A DNA stretch of 62,624 bases, taken from the NCBI GenBank assembly GCA_029259175.1, contig JAPDJH010000012.1:1-62624 (forward strand), read 5' to 3'. The notes under the pieces were generated by a model. The model saw only the letters and a list, made by a program, of their open reading frames with translations, was not told where the DNA came from and made no database searches. Of this stretch, positions 1-9,839 are shown piece after piece; positions within the stretch are counted from its first letter, which is position 1, and every line of letters starts with the position of its first letter. The DNA comes from Hadesarchaea archaeon (GTDB taxonomy: Archaea; Hadarchaeota; Hadarchaeia; Hadarchaeales; Hadarchaeaceae). Position numbers and translations under genes: made by a program.

Positions 1-2974
1 CGGCGGCTCCTCCTCCGCCCCCTCCTGCCGCTTGCAAGTCGTAGTAGTTCGAATCATCCGCGTCTAGGTTGGCCGGGCTTCCTCCAACTTCGCTCCCGTT
101 CTCCAGCACGGTGTTCTCCTCGTAGTCGGTCTCGGTGGAATATGTGGTAGAACTTTCAGAGTCCACCTCGTAATATGACCCATCGTCCGAGTCAAGACTG
201 TCGGTGGAGGTTCCGGAGACCTCGGTTCCGCTCACCACAGTAGTGATATTCTCATAATTCTCAGAGGTTTGAATGGTCCCAACATTTCCTTCAACGAGGT
301 TTTCGTAAACCCCGTCCTGCGCTTGCAGATTGTCGAGAGAACCGTCCGCCACGCTGCCGATCCGGTCTTTTCCGTCTTGAAGAGCTGACGGTTCGGCTGA
401 CGGGTACTTAAAAGTGGAAGTTGGTGAGCCCAAGGGACATAGGTTTTCCCAACTCACCTGATCCCAGCAGGTGTCAGACGAACCTGAATCATAGACTGAA
501 GAATCGAGTTGCCCTCTCAGATAATACTGTGGGTTAGGAGGCACTTCTGCACCACTCGCGGAGTTTTCCGGATGCGGCTTTGTTGTCGTGTTGTCATGAT
601 ACACAAAATCCGCGGCATTGTTGTCCGAATCCCACGCATTTCCCAACGACGAATCACCATTTCGCATGCTTGAAGCGGTAGACACATCTCTCGCCTTGCG
701 TTCATAACTGCTTCCAGAGTCGGCCGGAGCGGACAAATTATTTCCTTCACCACCAGTAGCGGTGCCCCAAGCGACCGCGTCAACCACTTCGAGATCAGGA
801 TTGGCTATTCGAAAATTATCACTAGTGTTGCTCAAATCCATTTCGTCCTCAATGTCTGCTTCAGGCCAATCCAAATTATCTCTGTCAGTTGACCACCCAC
901 CATCGGCGAGCAAAAAGTATCCATGAGCAGGAATAATGGTGCTATTTACAACATCGCCCGCGTTGAACTGTACCCAGCCACCGCCATCATTCCAGTACCA
1001 ATTAGAAAGGTCGATGTCCTGATCAGTCGGGTTATAAAGTTCTACAAACTCGGAGTCGTACTCATCCCCTGCATCAATATAAATTTCTGAAATCACAATA
1101 TGATCAGCTATTTCCGCTCCCCACTCATAGTCAAGTTTTAAGTTCTCTCCATCTGTTCCGCTGAGATTTTCTTCAGAGTAAAAATTGTCATATCCAGCGG
1201 CGTTCTCTTTTGTGATAATCTGTGCTGGCGAAACATTTTCTCCTCCCCACCCGGTCTGTGTCCAGGTCTGTCCAGGGCCGTTCTCAGACATCCATTCATA
1301 ACTCTCATCAAGCACGCGAGTAGCCAGAAAATCTTGGGATCGAAGCAATCCTTCGCGCGATTTGCCGTCGATCAAAGTTGAGGGCTCCGCTCCAACATTA
1401 TCGTTTTCTCTAATTGTGTGAGTTGGGGTCAAAACACCCCACGTCAAATTATCCCAAACCGACGCCGTGCTTCCAGAATCAAAAATCTGTGAAACAAACA
1501 TACCAGATGAATAGTACTGGGGCTCGAAAACCCAAACAGTGAGAGATGGATGGGCCGGACGGTAATAAAGCTTTCCACCAGCTCCCGCGATTCGCAAGCC
1601 GTTGAGACCCGTTGCAGTATCCATGTTTTCTGGCAAATGAGGCATGTTCTCCCACTTGTTCTCGCTGATATTAAAGCGGTAGAAATTATCGGCCGCTACA
1701 TCCCCTGCACCATCGTTGCCTTTCATTCCATAAATGTAGTTGTTCTCTCCAATCCAAGCGAGTCCTCCTCCGTCGTCCACACCGTTCTTCTCGAGCATTC
1801 CATCTCCGTTCCAAGGAAGCGGTGCAAGTTCTTCCCATCTGTTCTCAATCATGTGGTATCGTATGAAGTGGCTCTCGTACTGGCCCGGAAGATTCTCCCG
1901 ATACGCCCCCACAAGATAATACAGCCAGTTGTCGCCGACCCACACCAAAGATGAGCCGTCATCGCACCCATAGGGTATGGGCTGATCCGGGTCGCCCTCT
2001 TGCCAGTCGGTGCTTAAACCGTCAAACTGCCATAAAACTTCCCACTTCGACGGCTGGTTATCGGGGTCTGCCTCCCACGCGGTAATGTTAAAACGAGCGA
2101 GAGTAAACTTGCGCTGTAAGGAAGTTCCCGAAGTTCCGCTCGTAGTTCCCAGTATAGCATAGATGTATTCATTTTCACCTCCAAGATAAGAATTGTCTAT
2201 CCACACAATCGTGTCGCCCGGACCCTGATATGCGGGAGTATTCTCCAGATTCTCCCAATAGTTCTCCGCGATGTTAAAACGTGCAAACGTTGTTCTAAGA
2301 TTTGCGTAGTCCGTGCTCGAACTGGCGTATCCTGCTCCAAAAACTGCGTAGATGTAGTTTCCGTTGTCCCACGCCAAAGCCACTCCATTTTTCGGAATTA
2401 CCAGTCCGTTTTCCTCTGGGCGTTTGAGTGCCTCCCATCCCTTTTCCGGGTTATAACGATAGAAGTATGATACCTCGCTGGCTCGTTCCAGATAGTAGAT
2501 GTTTTCTCCTGCCCCCACAATTGTTTTCCCCTGTCCGGTAGAGCCTCCCGAAGTTGCAGGAGAATTACCTATGTTTTCCCAAGACCCGTAACCGATGCCT
2601 GCTCGAGAAAGCAGTCTGAGTTGACCACCACGATATAGGAAATTGTCCTCATCACTCAACCACCAAACGCTCACATTGTCGAAACTCCCGAGCTTGAATT
2701 CTTCCCAGCTATTGTCCACAAAGGACTCGCTGGATCCTCCTCCCTGAGCGGCGACAAACAAATTCCGCATTCCGGGGAAAGGAGGCAATGGCAATCCGGG
2801 TATCAAAAGCATAACAGAAACCAAAATCGCGATTATCTTTCGGATCTTGTTCTTTTTATTCGACAGTTTCCGGAAAATGGAAAATCGCGGAGGGGCCAGA
2901 TGACGGAATAGGCCTATAGTTAGAAAGAAAAATAGCCATGCCTTATTCTTCCAATCCGAAACCGGCCCCCCCAC
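1..2974 (-). CDS. Large secreted/surface protein (Kelch-like beta-propeller, lamin-tail domain, beta-sandwich repeats); runs off the left edge; paralog of 51339..56060
   Basis: Missing from the ORF track because no stop lies in the window. Hand translation gives the same frame at both ends: signal-like KKNKIRKIIAILVSVMLLIPG, Kelch-like KNGVALAWDNGNYIYAVFG, LTD motif IADHIVISEIY..DSEFVELYNPT, and ANLDADDSNYYDL at the edge. The start (GTG 2974) is uncertain. Confidence 0.85.
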   Translation of the reverse strand, partial: MGGPVSDWKNKAWLFFFLTIGLFRHLAPPRFSIFRKLSNKKNKIRKIIAILVSVMLLIPGLPLPPFPGMRNLFVAAQGGGSSESFVDNSWEEFKLGSFDNVSVWWLSDEDNFLYRGGQLRLLSRAGIGYGSWENIGNSPATSGGSTGQGKTIVGAGENIYYLERASEVSYFYRYNPEKGWEALKRPEENGLVIPKNGVALAWDNGNYIYAVFGAGYASSSTDYANLRTTFARFNIAENYWENLENTPAYQGPGDTIVWIDNSYLGGENEYIYAILGTTSGTSGTSLQRKFTLARFNITAWEADPDNQPSKWEVLWQFDGLSTDWQEGDPDQPIPYGCDDGSSLVWVGDNWLYYLVGAYRENLPGQYESHFIRYHMIENRWEELAPLPWNGDGMLEKNGVDDGGGLAWIGENNYIYGMKGNDGAGDVAADNFYRFNISENKWENMPHLPENMDTATGLNGLRIAGAGGKLYYRPAHPSLTVWVFEPQYYSSGMFVSQIFDSGSTASVWDNLTWGVLTPTHTIRENDNVGAEPSTLIDGKSREGLLRSQDFLATRVLDESYEWMSENGPGQTWTQTGWGGENVSPAQIITKENAAGYDNFYSEENLSGTDGENLKLDYEWGAEIADHIVISEIYIDAGDEYDSEFVELYNPTDQDIDLSNWYWNDGGGWVQFNAGDVVNSTIIPAHGYFLLADGGWSTDRDNLDWPEADIEDEMDLSNTSDNFRIANPDLEVVDAVAWGTATGGEGNNLSAPADSGSSYERKARDVSTASSMRNGDSSLGNAWDSDNNAADFVYHDNTTTKPHPENSASGAEVPPNPQYYLRGQLDSSVYDSGSSDTCWDQVSWENLCPLGSPTSTFKYPSAEPSALQDGKDRIGSVADGSLDNLQAQDGVYENLVEGNVGTIQTSENYENITTVVSGTEVSGTSTDSLDSDDGSYYEVDSESSTTYSTETDYEENTVLENGSEVGGSPANLDADDSNYYDLQAAGGGGGGAA

Positions 2975-3130
2975 GGTGCGCACCCGGGTGACTTTTCCGG
3001 TTCACACGAGGTCGAAAGGGTTCACTTCGGGCTCGGCTTTGAAAGAAAGTTTCGGCAAGTGGCGAAACATTTATTCAAAGGCGCAACTCAAATCGGTGAT
3101 TCTTTAGGTTTCAATTCTAACGTTTACCGG

Positions 3131-3742
3131 ATGATCGCCGGAATAGATGAGGCCGGACGAGGCCCAGTAATCGGTCCGATGGTGGTCTGCGGTGTTCTTT
3201 TTCACTCCAGCGATCTCGAAAGACTGCACCGATTAGAAGTCAGAGACTCAAAGACCATGAGCGCCCAGCGCCGCCAACAGCTTGCACCAAGGATACTCGC
3301 TCTGGCTCACAAGCATGAAATCGTAGAAATTGAACCGCGAACCATAGACCGAGCACGAGAAAAAAATCAACTAAATGAGCTTGAAGCCCGCGTTTTCGCA
3401 CAAATAATTCAGAAGCTCCGACCATCCGAGGCTTTCATCGACTCGGCCGACGCTAATCCAGAAAAATTCAAACAGCGATTGCAGCGCTATCTCAGATCTC
3501 CTGTGCATCTCATCGTCGAAAACTTTGCAGACCAGCGATACGTCCAAGTAGCAGCTGCTTCCATTGTTGCCAAAGTGGTGAGGGACTCGCGAATCGCCGA
3601 GCTTCGATCAGTTTATGGCGATTTTGGTTCCGGATACCCTGCAGACCCAAAAACCAAAAAGTTCCTTCGAGAATGGTTGCACAAACACGGTTCATTTCCA
3701 GACTTTGTCCGCAAGTCTTGGAAAACCCTCCAGCATTTGTGA
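3131..3742 (+). CDS. rnhB: Ribonuclease HII
   Basis: MIAGIDEAGRGPVIGPMVV, VAAASIVAKV and DFGSGYPADP motifs; ATG 3131 preferred over 3059. Confidence 0.97.
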   Translation: MIAGIDEAGRGPVIGPMVVCGVLFHSSDLERLHRLEVRDSKTMSAQRRQQLAPRILALAHKHEIVEIEPRTIDRAREKNQLNELEARVFAQIIQKLRPSEAFIDSADANPEKFKQRLQRYLRSPVHLIVENFADQRYVQVAAASIVAKVVRDSRIAELRSVYGDFGSGYPADPKTKKFLREWLHKHGSFPDFVRKSWKTLQHL

Positions 3743-3800
3743 GTTATAAACCCATAAATCGAATAAGTCTGGGGTATAGAATTGGAGTCTCTTTGGTGGA

Positions 3801-4535
3801 ATGAACGCCTCGAGCCTGAACTCAAAGATATCCGACTTCAGCTCACTGGCTTACCTTTTGCATCTTCAACGCACTGGCCCGGCAAACGTGCAATTGTTTT
3901 TCCCTTTCAAGGATGCGATCTCATGCCCTTGGTGTAATACGGTAGAGCTTGGATCCAAAAGGCGGCCGTACGACGGGAGTTCGGCAGGTAATAGAATACC
4001 TCAAACGAATGGCGGGGGCTACGCGTGCGATCCTGCTAACTGGAGGAGAACCTCTGTATCAATCGCGCGGTTGTCTCTCTCGTCGTGGAAGCAAAAACGC
4101 TAGGATTTGAATGCGGAATAGAGACAAACGGAGCCAACACCGAGGATTTCCGTGAAGTCCTTCCGTTGCTCGACTTCGTGGCCATCAATATCAAGGCCCC
4201 CCCTTACGGATCCGATTCTCTACGGTCGGGTGATTGGCCGGCTCGCATCGGTAGAACTCGTACAAAAAATCACCGAAAGTTTCAGGATGGCGATCAGTAT
4301 GGGTATAGAAGTGGAGGCCAGGACCACCATAATTCCCGGGCTCACAGACAGCGAGCGCGTGATTCAAGAAATAGCTATGGATCTCCGGGGAGTAGATCGA
4401 TGGAGGCTTCAGCAGTTCAACAACAAAAAAACGCTTGACCCCTGCTTTCGCAAAACACCAATTCCGAGTCGTAGAAAGCTCATCGAACTTGCTCGGTTGG
4501 CAAAAAGAGAGGGGTCCCCGAAGTCACTATTTTGA
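3801..4535 (+). pseudogene. Frameshifted radical-SAM activating enzyme (anaerobic RNR activase/PflA-like)
   Basis: Fragments lie in different frames: FQGCDL / CPWCN (split CxxxCxxC), ILLTGGEPLYQ, GIETNG..LLDFVAINIKAP, EARTTIIPGL..RLQQF. At least three frameshifts. Confidence 0.8.
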
Positions 4536-4564
4536 CCTCCCGCGGTATTGGAAAAGTAAAATAA

Positions 4565-4830
4565 GGCCCCCGATGTTCCCTCACGCACTAACTACCCGGT
4601 TTCACAGCCATCTCATGGATGTCTCCACCGGGCGACCCTCGTGAGAGGGGGTGCCTCGGGGGCCCGCCCGCCTGTTCCGCGCCAGGGTTGGCTTGCGGGT
4701 CATCGAAAGACGGTCCGCCACTCACTCCCCCAAGGACCCGGAGGCGCGGATCTCGGCGGGGCGCTCCGGTGTGCCCGCAGAGTTGCACCGGCGCTCATAA
4801 CGCTCGCGCCGCCCTCGATCTCTGCGGAAT
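4565..4830 (-). ncRNA. Three-hairpin archaeal H/ACA pseudouridylation guide RNA (HgcG/Pab40-like)
   Basis: The minus strand has three GC-rich hairpins (ccgcagag/ctctgcgg; ccgcgcc/ggcgcgg; ctcacg/cgtgag). Each has an internal pocket, an apical GA...TGA K-loop/K-turn and a downstream ACA (plus-strand tgt at 4770, 4673 and 4574). The middle segment recalls the Thermococcales HgcG RNA. Confidence 0.75.
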
Positions 4831-4877
4831 TATCCGTCATCGCCGATACTATCTTTCACCGCTCTGAATTAATACTT

Positions 4878-5099
4878 TCACTTCCAATCCGCCTCCAAAC
4901 AGTGGGGCGAACAATACAGAAGAATTTCTCCAGTGTGGCCCTCAATGCGAACGTATGCTTTTTCTCTTAGAGGTTTGCCGCAGTACCGACACGTGTGCCT
5001 TCTCGCTCCGCATTCGCCCTCCAAATAAGCTAGGGGAACATCGTCCAGCACTGTGGGCTTTTTACTACCACCCATGTTTTCATTTCTACTGTATCCCAC
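4878..5099 (-). CDS. Small TRASH/treble-clef zinc-binding protein
   Basis: CRYCGKPL...YCSPHC motif. Confidence 0.65.
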   Translation of the reverse strand: MGYSRNENMGGSKKPTVLDDVPLAYLEGECGARRHTCRYCGKPLREKAYVRIEGHTGEILLYCSPHCLEADWK

Positions 5100-5139
5100 A
5101 ACGACTTAATGATGCGAGTGCAAAAAGTAATACGATTCG

Positions 5140-6369
5140 ATGCGTGGCCATGTGGAGTTCTGGAGAGTCTGTGCTCCGGTCAAAAGGGAAATCCGGCACT
5201 TAGATACTCGGGTCCGCCACGATTTCGATCGGATTCTTAACGAGCTGATCAATGAGTTGAAACGTCAACAGTTCAAACTGCGCATGATCTCAAAACGCTA
5301 TGTTGCAAAAACCAGATTTCAGGCGGATAGCTACTGGTGCGCGGAAGAAAAAGTCAAACCATGTCAAGTGAATTTCGTGTGTACCGTCACACTGGCATTT
5401 GGAGGAGGATTTGAAATCACGTGTGACGTGGACTATTTTCTCAAATTCCCACTCTTGGCCCAGAAATTTCGGACTGAAGCAAAACAATACATGAATCTCG
5501 CACCGAACCTGCAGTCTTTTGTGAAAGCGGAGCTCGACCGTGTTTGGGAAATGATAGAAGAACAATTGCTACGGAAAATTATTGAGCGCTCCCCGGCTGG
5601 ATGGGGCCGGCACTCTCTGCCTCAAGCACTGGTCGACACGCCCAGAATTTGTCATCTGGGAACAATTGTTTTTTCTCATCTCTCAAGCTCAGAAGATCTG
5701 TTGAAGCTCGCCGGGATGCGAAGAGAGATTATAGATTTTGTCAACCAAATAAAAGACCAAATAGCCGACACTGGTGACTCGCTCATTCAGCAATACCTGC
5801 CACCGCCGGTCTTGGACGCAACTGAGCGTGCAGCCCTTTCAGCATTATTGCGCCATCAGGAGGGCCTCCTAGAATACCAGCTGAGAAGGTACCTTCTTCT
5901 GAAACACAACAAGCAGGATGTTGATGCCTCCTTGCGCCGGCTTCAGCTCTGGAGATATATTGAGTGTGTGGGATTGCCCAACACGTGGAAAAAGAAATTG
6001 GAAACTCTCGGAATTCGAAGATATCTGAGGTTCTGCCGTAAAGGAAAAACAATTCCCCGAGAGTTCGAGCCTGGAGAAGCGATCAGAATCGGGCTGGAGC
6101 CGGTGACAATAGAAAGAATCAAAAAAATTCTAGAGACTCCGGAACACTTGGTGGAGCGGGCTATCCGAGGCCTGTGCAGAAAAAGGATTCTCCAAAAAAT
6201 CAAAACGATCGACCATCGGGGCGAACCTATTGCTGCGCTGAGAATCAAACGGTGGCCGAAAAATCTCTCACCTCTGGAACTACAGATTTTGAATCTGATA
6301 GCAAACCATTTCCGCGAGCAAGGAAAAATATTGGATGAGTGCAGAAAACTCTATGGGAAGGAAGAATGA
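5140..6369 (+). CDS. Hypothetical protein with two putative winged-helix segments, coupled to topA
   Basis: 409-aa ORF with wHTH-like LDATERAALSALL..DVDASLRRLQLWRYI and TIERIKKIL..LVERAIRGLCRKRIL; its stop overlaps the topA ATG (ATGA). Confidence 0.7.
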   Translation: MRGHVEFWRVCAPVKREIRHLDTRVRHDFDRILNELINELKRQQFKLRMISKRYVAKTRFQADSYWCAEEKVKPCQVNFVCTVTLAFGGGFEITCDVDYFLKFPLLAQKFRTEAKQYMNLAPNLQSFVKAELDRVWEMIEEQLLRKIIERSPAGWGRHSLPQALVDTPRICHLGTIVFSHLSSSEDLLKLAGMRREIIDFVNQIKDQIADTGDSLIQQYLPPPVLDATERAALSALLRHQEGLLEYQLRRYLLLKHNKQDVDASLRRLQLWRYIECVGLPNTWKKKLETLGIRRYLRFCRKGKTIPREFEPGEAIRIGLEPVTIERIKKILETPEHLVERAIRGLCRKRILQKIKTIDHRGEPIAALRIKRWPKNLSPLELQILNLIANHFREQGKILDECRKLYGKEE

Positions 6370-8435
6370 CGGGAAAGGTACTAGTAATCTGTGAAAAACC
6401 ATCGGCGGCGGCAAAGATCGCTGCTGCTCTATCTGCTGGAAGGCCCAACAAGAGAGAAAAACACGGAGTAACGTACTACGAGTTCTCCTTGGACGGAAAG
6501 CGATTTGTTGTTGTCCCTGCTCTCGGCCATCTCTACACTCTGAAAAACACGCGTCCGCTCCACACTTATCCCATGTATGATGTGGAGTGGGTGCCCATCC
6601 ACGAAGCCGATCGGAATGCGAAACGCGCGGAACCGTTTATACGAGTCATTCGAGAACTCGGCAAAGATGCCACCGAGTTCATAAGCGCTTGCGATTACGA
6701 CATAGAGGGGAGCGTTGTCGCGTACAATGTGCTCCGATTTGTCTGTGGGAACGGGGCGGTTCAAAAAGCGAAGCGGATGAAGTTCTCAACGCTCACTGCA
6801 CAGGAATTGCGGAAAGCCTATGAAAACCTTATGCCACGGCTTGACTTCGAACTCATCGAGGCCGGGTTGACCCGTCACGAGCTGGACTGGTATTGGGGGA
6901 TGAATCTCTCGAAGGCTCTGAGTTCGGCTGTCGAGACCGCCGAGCAAAGATTCGTTAAATTGTCGGCCGGAAGGGTCCAGACACCGACGCTCAAAATCCT
7001 CACCGAAAGAGAGCGAGAAATTGAGGAGTTCGAACCAGTCCCCTTCTGGGAGATCGCGGTCGTGCTCAGAATTGGAAAACTCAAGGTAAAGGCGCAGCAC
7101 GAAAGAGGCCGTTTCTGGGACAAGACCGAAGCAGAAAGAGCGTATAGCTCGTGTCACGGGCACAACGCAAGGGTCACCAAAATCGAAAGCCGCCGGTACA
7201 GAAGGAATCCGCCCACCCCGTTCAATCTGGGTGACCTTCAATCCGAAGCTTACCGGTGCTTCGGGCTCTCACCAATTAGAACACAGCAAATCGCCCAGGA
7301 TCTCTATCAGGCGGCGCTGATTTCTTATCCGCGAACGAGTAGTCAAAAACTTCCTCCCGTGATCGGATACGCCGAGATTATCGAAAAACTTGGCAAGATC
7401 GGACGTGAGTATGGAAGGCTTGCCGCGATGCTTCTCGAACAAGAAAGACTTGAACCAAATCAGGGAAAGAAGGAGGATCCGGCTCATCCCGCCATTTTCC
7501 CGACTGGAGAACCACCGACAGATATCAGAGGCGCGCATCTCAAAGTCTACGATTTAATCGTTCGTCGGTTCTTCTCTGTTTTTGCCCCTCCGGCCGTTGT
7601 AGAAAGCACCAAGCTTCATCTCGAAATCGGGGGAGAACCGTTCAAGCTCAGTGGTCGGAAGATTTTGGATCCCGGATGGCTGGAATTCTACGGGAAATAC
7701 GCGTCTTCGGAGGAAGTGCAACTTCCGGACGTGAAGGTAGGTGATGTGCTCAAAGCCGAGGAGTGGGTACTAGAAGAAAAACAAACGCAACCGCCCCCGC
7801 GCTACAATCCCGCGTCGATCATCAGGGAGATGGAGGCAAAACACCTCGGTACAAAAGGCACGCGAGGACCGATTCTCCAAACCCTCTACACTCGCGGATA
7901 CATTGCTGGAGAGCAGATCAGAGTCACCGAGCTTGGAAAACAGGTGGTGAAGGCTCTTGCACAGTACTGTCCCGAAATCCTGAGTGAGGAGTTAACCGCA
8001 AAGTTCGAACTAGAAATGGAAGCGATCCAACTCGGAAAGAAAAAGAGAGAGGAAGTGCTGGAAGAAGCCAAACGGAAACTAGCAGAGATTCTCGAAAAAT
8101 TCAGGCTCCATGAAGCGGAGATCGGAAAAAAGCTCGGAGAGGCACAACGAGTGGCACGAGCTCGCTCGCGTGTCATTGGGAAGTGTCCGCGATGTGGGGG
8201 TGATCTGCGCATTGTCGTGTCCAAACGAAGTAAAAAGAGGTTCGCTGGTTGTTCCAACTACCCCCAATGTGATTTTTCTCTGCCGCTCCCCCAAAACGGG
8301 TTATTACAACCGCTCGAACAGGTGTGTCCAGCGTGTCAAAGTCCGCAAGTGCTCGTCAGACGGGCTGGGAAAAGACCTTACCGTTTTTGCCTCAATCCTG
8401 AATGCCCGGAAAAAGAAAAATGGCGCGGCAAATAA
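6366..8435 (+). CDS. topA: DNA topoisomerase IA (archaeal TopA/Topo III) with C-terminal zinc ribbons
   Basis: TOPRIM EKPS and DYDIEG, SAGRVQTPTL, catalytic ISYPRT, C4 zinc fingers. Confidence 0.97.
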   Translation: MTGKVLVICEKPSAAAKIAAALSAGRPNKREKHGVTYYEFSLDGKRFVVVPALGHLYTLKNTRPLHTYPMYDVEWVPIHEADRNAKRAEPFIRVIRELGKDATEFISACDYDIEGSVVAYNVLRFVCGNGAVQKAKRMKFSTLTAQELRKAYENLMPRLDFELIEAGLTRHELDWYWGMNLSKALSSAVETAEQRFVKLSAGRVQTPTLKILTEREREIEEFEPVPFWEIAVVLRIGKLKVKAQHERGRFWDKTEAERAYSSCHGHNARVTKIESRRYRRNPPTPFNLGDLQSEAYRCFGLSPIRTQQIAQDLYQAALISYPRTSSQKLPPVIGYAEIIEKLGKIGREYGRLAAMLLEQERLEPNQGKKEDPAHPAIFPTGEPPTDIRGAHLKVYDLIVRRFFSVFAPPAVVESTKLHLEIGGEPFKLSGRKILDPGWLEFYGKYASSEEVQLPDVKVGDVLKAEEWVLEEKQTQPPPRYNPASIIREMEAKHLGTKGTRGPILQTLYTRGYIAGEQIRVTELGKQVVKALAQYCPEILSEELTAKFELEMEAIQLGKKKREEVLEEAKRKLAEILEKFRLHEAEIGKKLGEAQRVARARSRVIGKCPRCGGDLRIVVSKRSKKRFAGCSNYPQCDFSLPLPQNGLLQPLEQVCPACQSPQVLVRRAGKRPYRFCLNPECPEKEKWRGK

Positions 8436-8468
8436 ACTTCTTATCTTTCGGCACCAAAATTTTACCTG

Positions 8469-9839
8469 ATGAATAGACTCACTCTGTGTATTAACTCTCA
8501 GACCCCTCTGGTTCGCTTCACTTCTGGGTACACAGATCTCGTGGAGAAATATGGCACCCTGCCAGATCCCGTTCCGCTAGGCTTGCTCAGCGAAGGTGAA
8601 GACTACGTGGTCGCGCCGGGAGGGGTGCCAAAGGTCGTCTATCCCTTAGTTACTAGAATGATTGAAAGAGGGATCGCCAGAACTGCCCACTGGATATGTA
8701 TGAGCCCCACTGGGCCCCCCAGAGTTCGGGCTGGACGCGTCATCATCCATCACGTTGCGTTGGACCATCCCGAGCTGCGCGCTTACGCCACCATGAAGGA
8801 ACGACTATGGGAAGAAATTCATGACCTAGAGCGACATCCAATAGGTCCAGAGGAGTTCCAAGCGTATGCGAGGTATAACTGGCTATGCGCGAATAAAATG
8901 TTCGAACTATCAGATGTTGATCTGTTCTACGTACACGACTTTCAGCAACTCCAAGTGGGAAACATGCTGGGGCTTGCAGCGCCCACCATTTTCAGGTGGC
9001 ACATCCCCTTTGACGTGAAACATGTAGATCCCTATATCCGCAAATTCATCATCAAATGCATGGAAGCTTACGATGCTGTTATTGTTAGCTGCAGAAGGGA
9101 CCTCCAAGGGCTGATAAACGCAGGATTCCACGGCAGAGTGTATCAGGTGTATCCCTATGTGGATGAGCGGAAATGGACGCGTCCCACCGAACCAGAAGTT
9201 CAGGATTTCGCTTTAACTCACACCATCCGCGCCGATGACCGCGTGGTGCTTGTGGTCGGGAGGATGGATCCCATCAAAGGACAAGATGTGTGTATCAAGG
9301 CGATTGCCAAAGTCGTGAGACGTATTCCAAATGTCAAGCTCGTGTTGGTGGGGAATGGGAGCTTTTCTGGGTCGAGGCGGGGCGGTCTCTCTCATCCCAA
9401 GTCTGCTCGGTGGAGAGCCTACCTTGAGGGACTCGTGCGAAAACTGAAGATGGAGAAACATGTGGTGTTCACCGGCTATCTGCCCGACGAAGTCTTGAAA
9501 TCAGCGTATGATCGGGCAGACGTGGTCGTTTTGCCCTCGATTAAAGAAGGGTTCGGACTTGTCGTTCCTGAAGCGTGGATGTACAAAAAACCTGTTATTG
9601 TGAGCCGTGGTGCAGGCGCATCCGAGGTCATCATGGAGGGGATAAACGGGTACACGTTCGCTCCGCGCAATCACAAAGAGCTGGCGAACAAGCTCATCCG
9701 GGTATTGAAAAAGAGTAAGCTCGCACACTCGCTAGGAAAGCGAGGACGAGAAACCGCGAAGAACCTCTCCATCGGGAGGCGGGTAAAGGAAATGGCAAAC
9801 ATCTTTCAGGAAATCCTCAAATCCTTCAAGACGAAGTAG
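8469..9839 (+). CDS. GT4 glycosyltransferase, possibly a GT4-type trehalose-6-phosphate synthase
   Basis: HDFQQL, WHIPF, GRMDPIKG, EGFGLVVPEA motifs; sits in a trehalose cluster. Confidence 0.85.
   Translation: MNRLTLCINSQTPLVRFTSGYTDLVEKYGTLPDPVPLGLLSEGEDYVVAPGGVPKVVYPLVTRMIERGIARTAHWICMSPTGPPRVRAGRVIIHHVALDHPELRAYATMKERLWEEIHDLERHPIGPEEFQAYARYNWLCANKMFELSDVDLFYVHDFQQLQVGNMLGLAAPTIFRWHIPFDVKHVDPYIRKFIIKCMEAYDAVIVSCRRDLQGLINAGFHGRVYQVYPYVDERKWTRPTEPEVQDFALTHTIRADDRVVLVVGRMDPIKGQDVCIKAIAKVVRRIPNVKLVLVGNGSFSGSRRGGLSHPKSARWRAYLEGLVRKLKMEKHVVFTGYLPDEVLKSAYDRADVVVLPSIKEGFGLVVPEAWMYKKPVIVSRGAGASEVIMEGINGYTFAPRNHKELANKLIRVLKKSKLAHSLGKRGRETAKNLSIGRRVKEMANIFQEILKSFKTK

Noticed and set aside
4560-4970. 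SRP RNA, RNase P RNA, a riboswitch, or the short ORFs listed here
   Set aside because: It lacks the SRP helix-8 and RNase P conserved motifs; the ORFs are Gly/Pro/Arg-rich artefacts of a GC-rich structured RNA, and an H/ACA architecture fits better.
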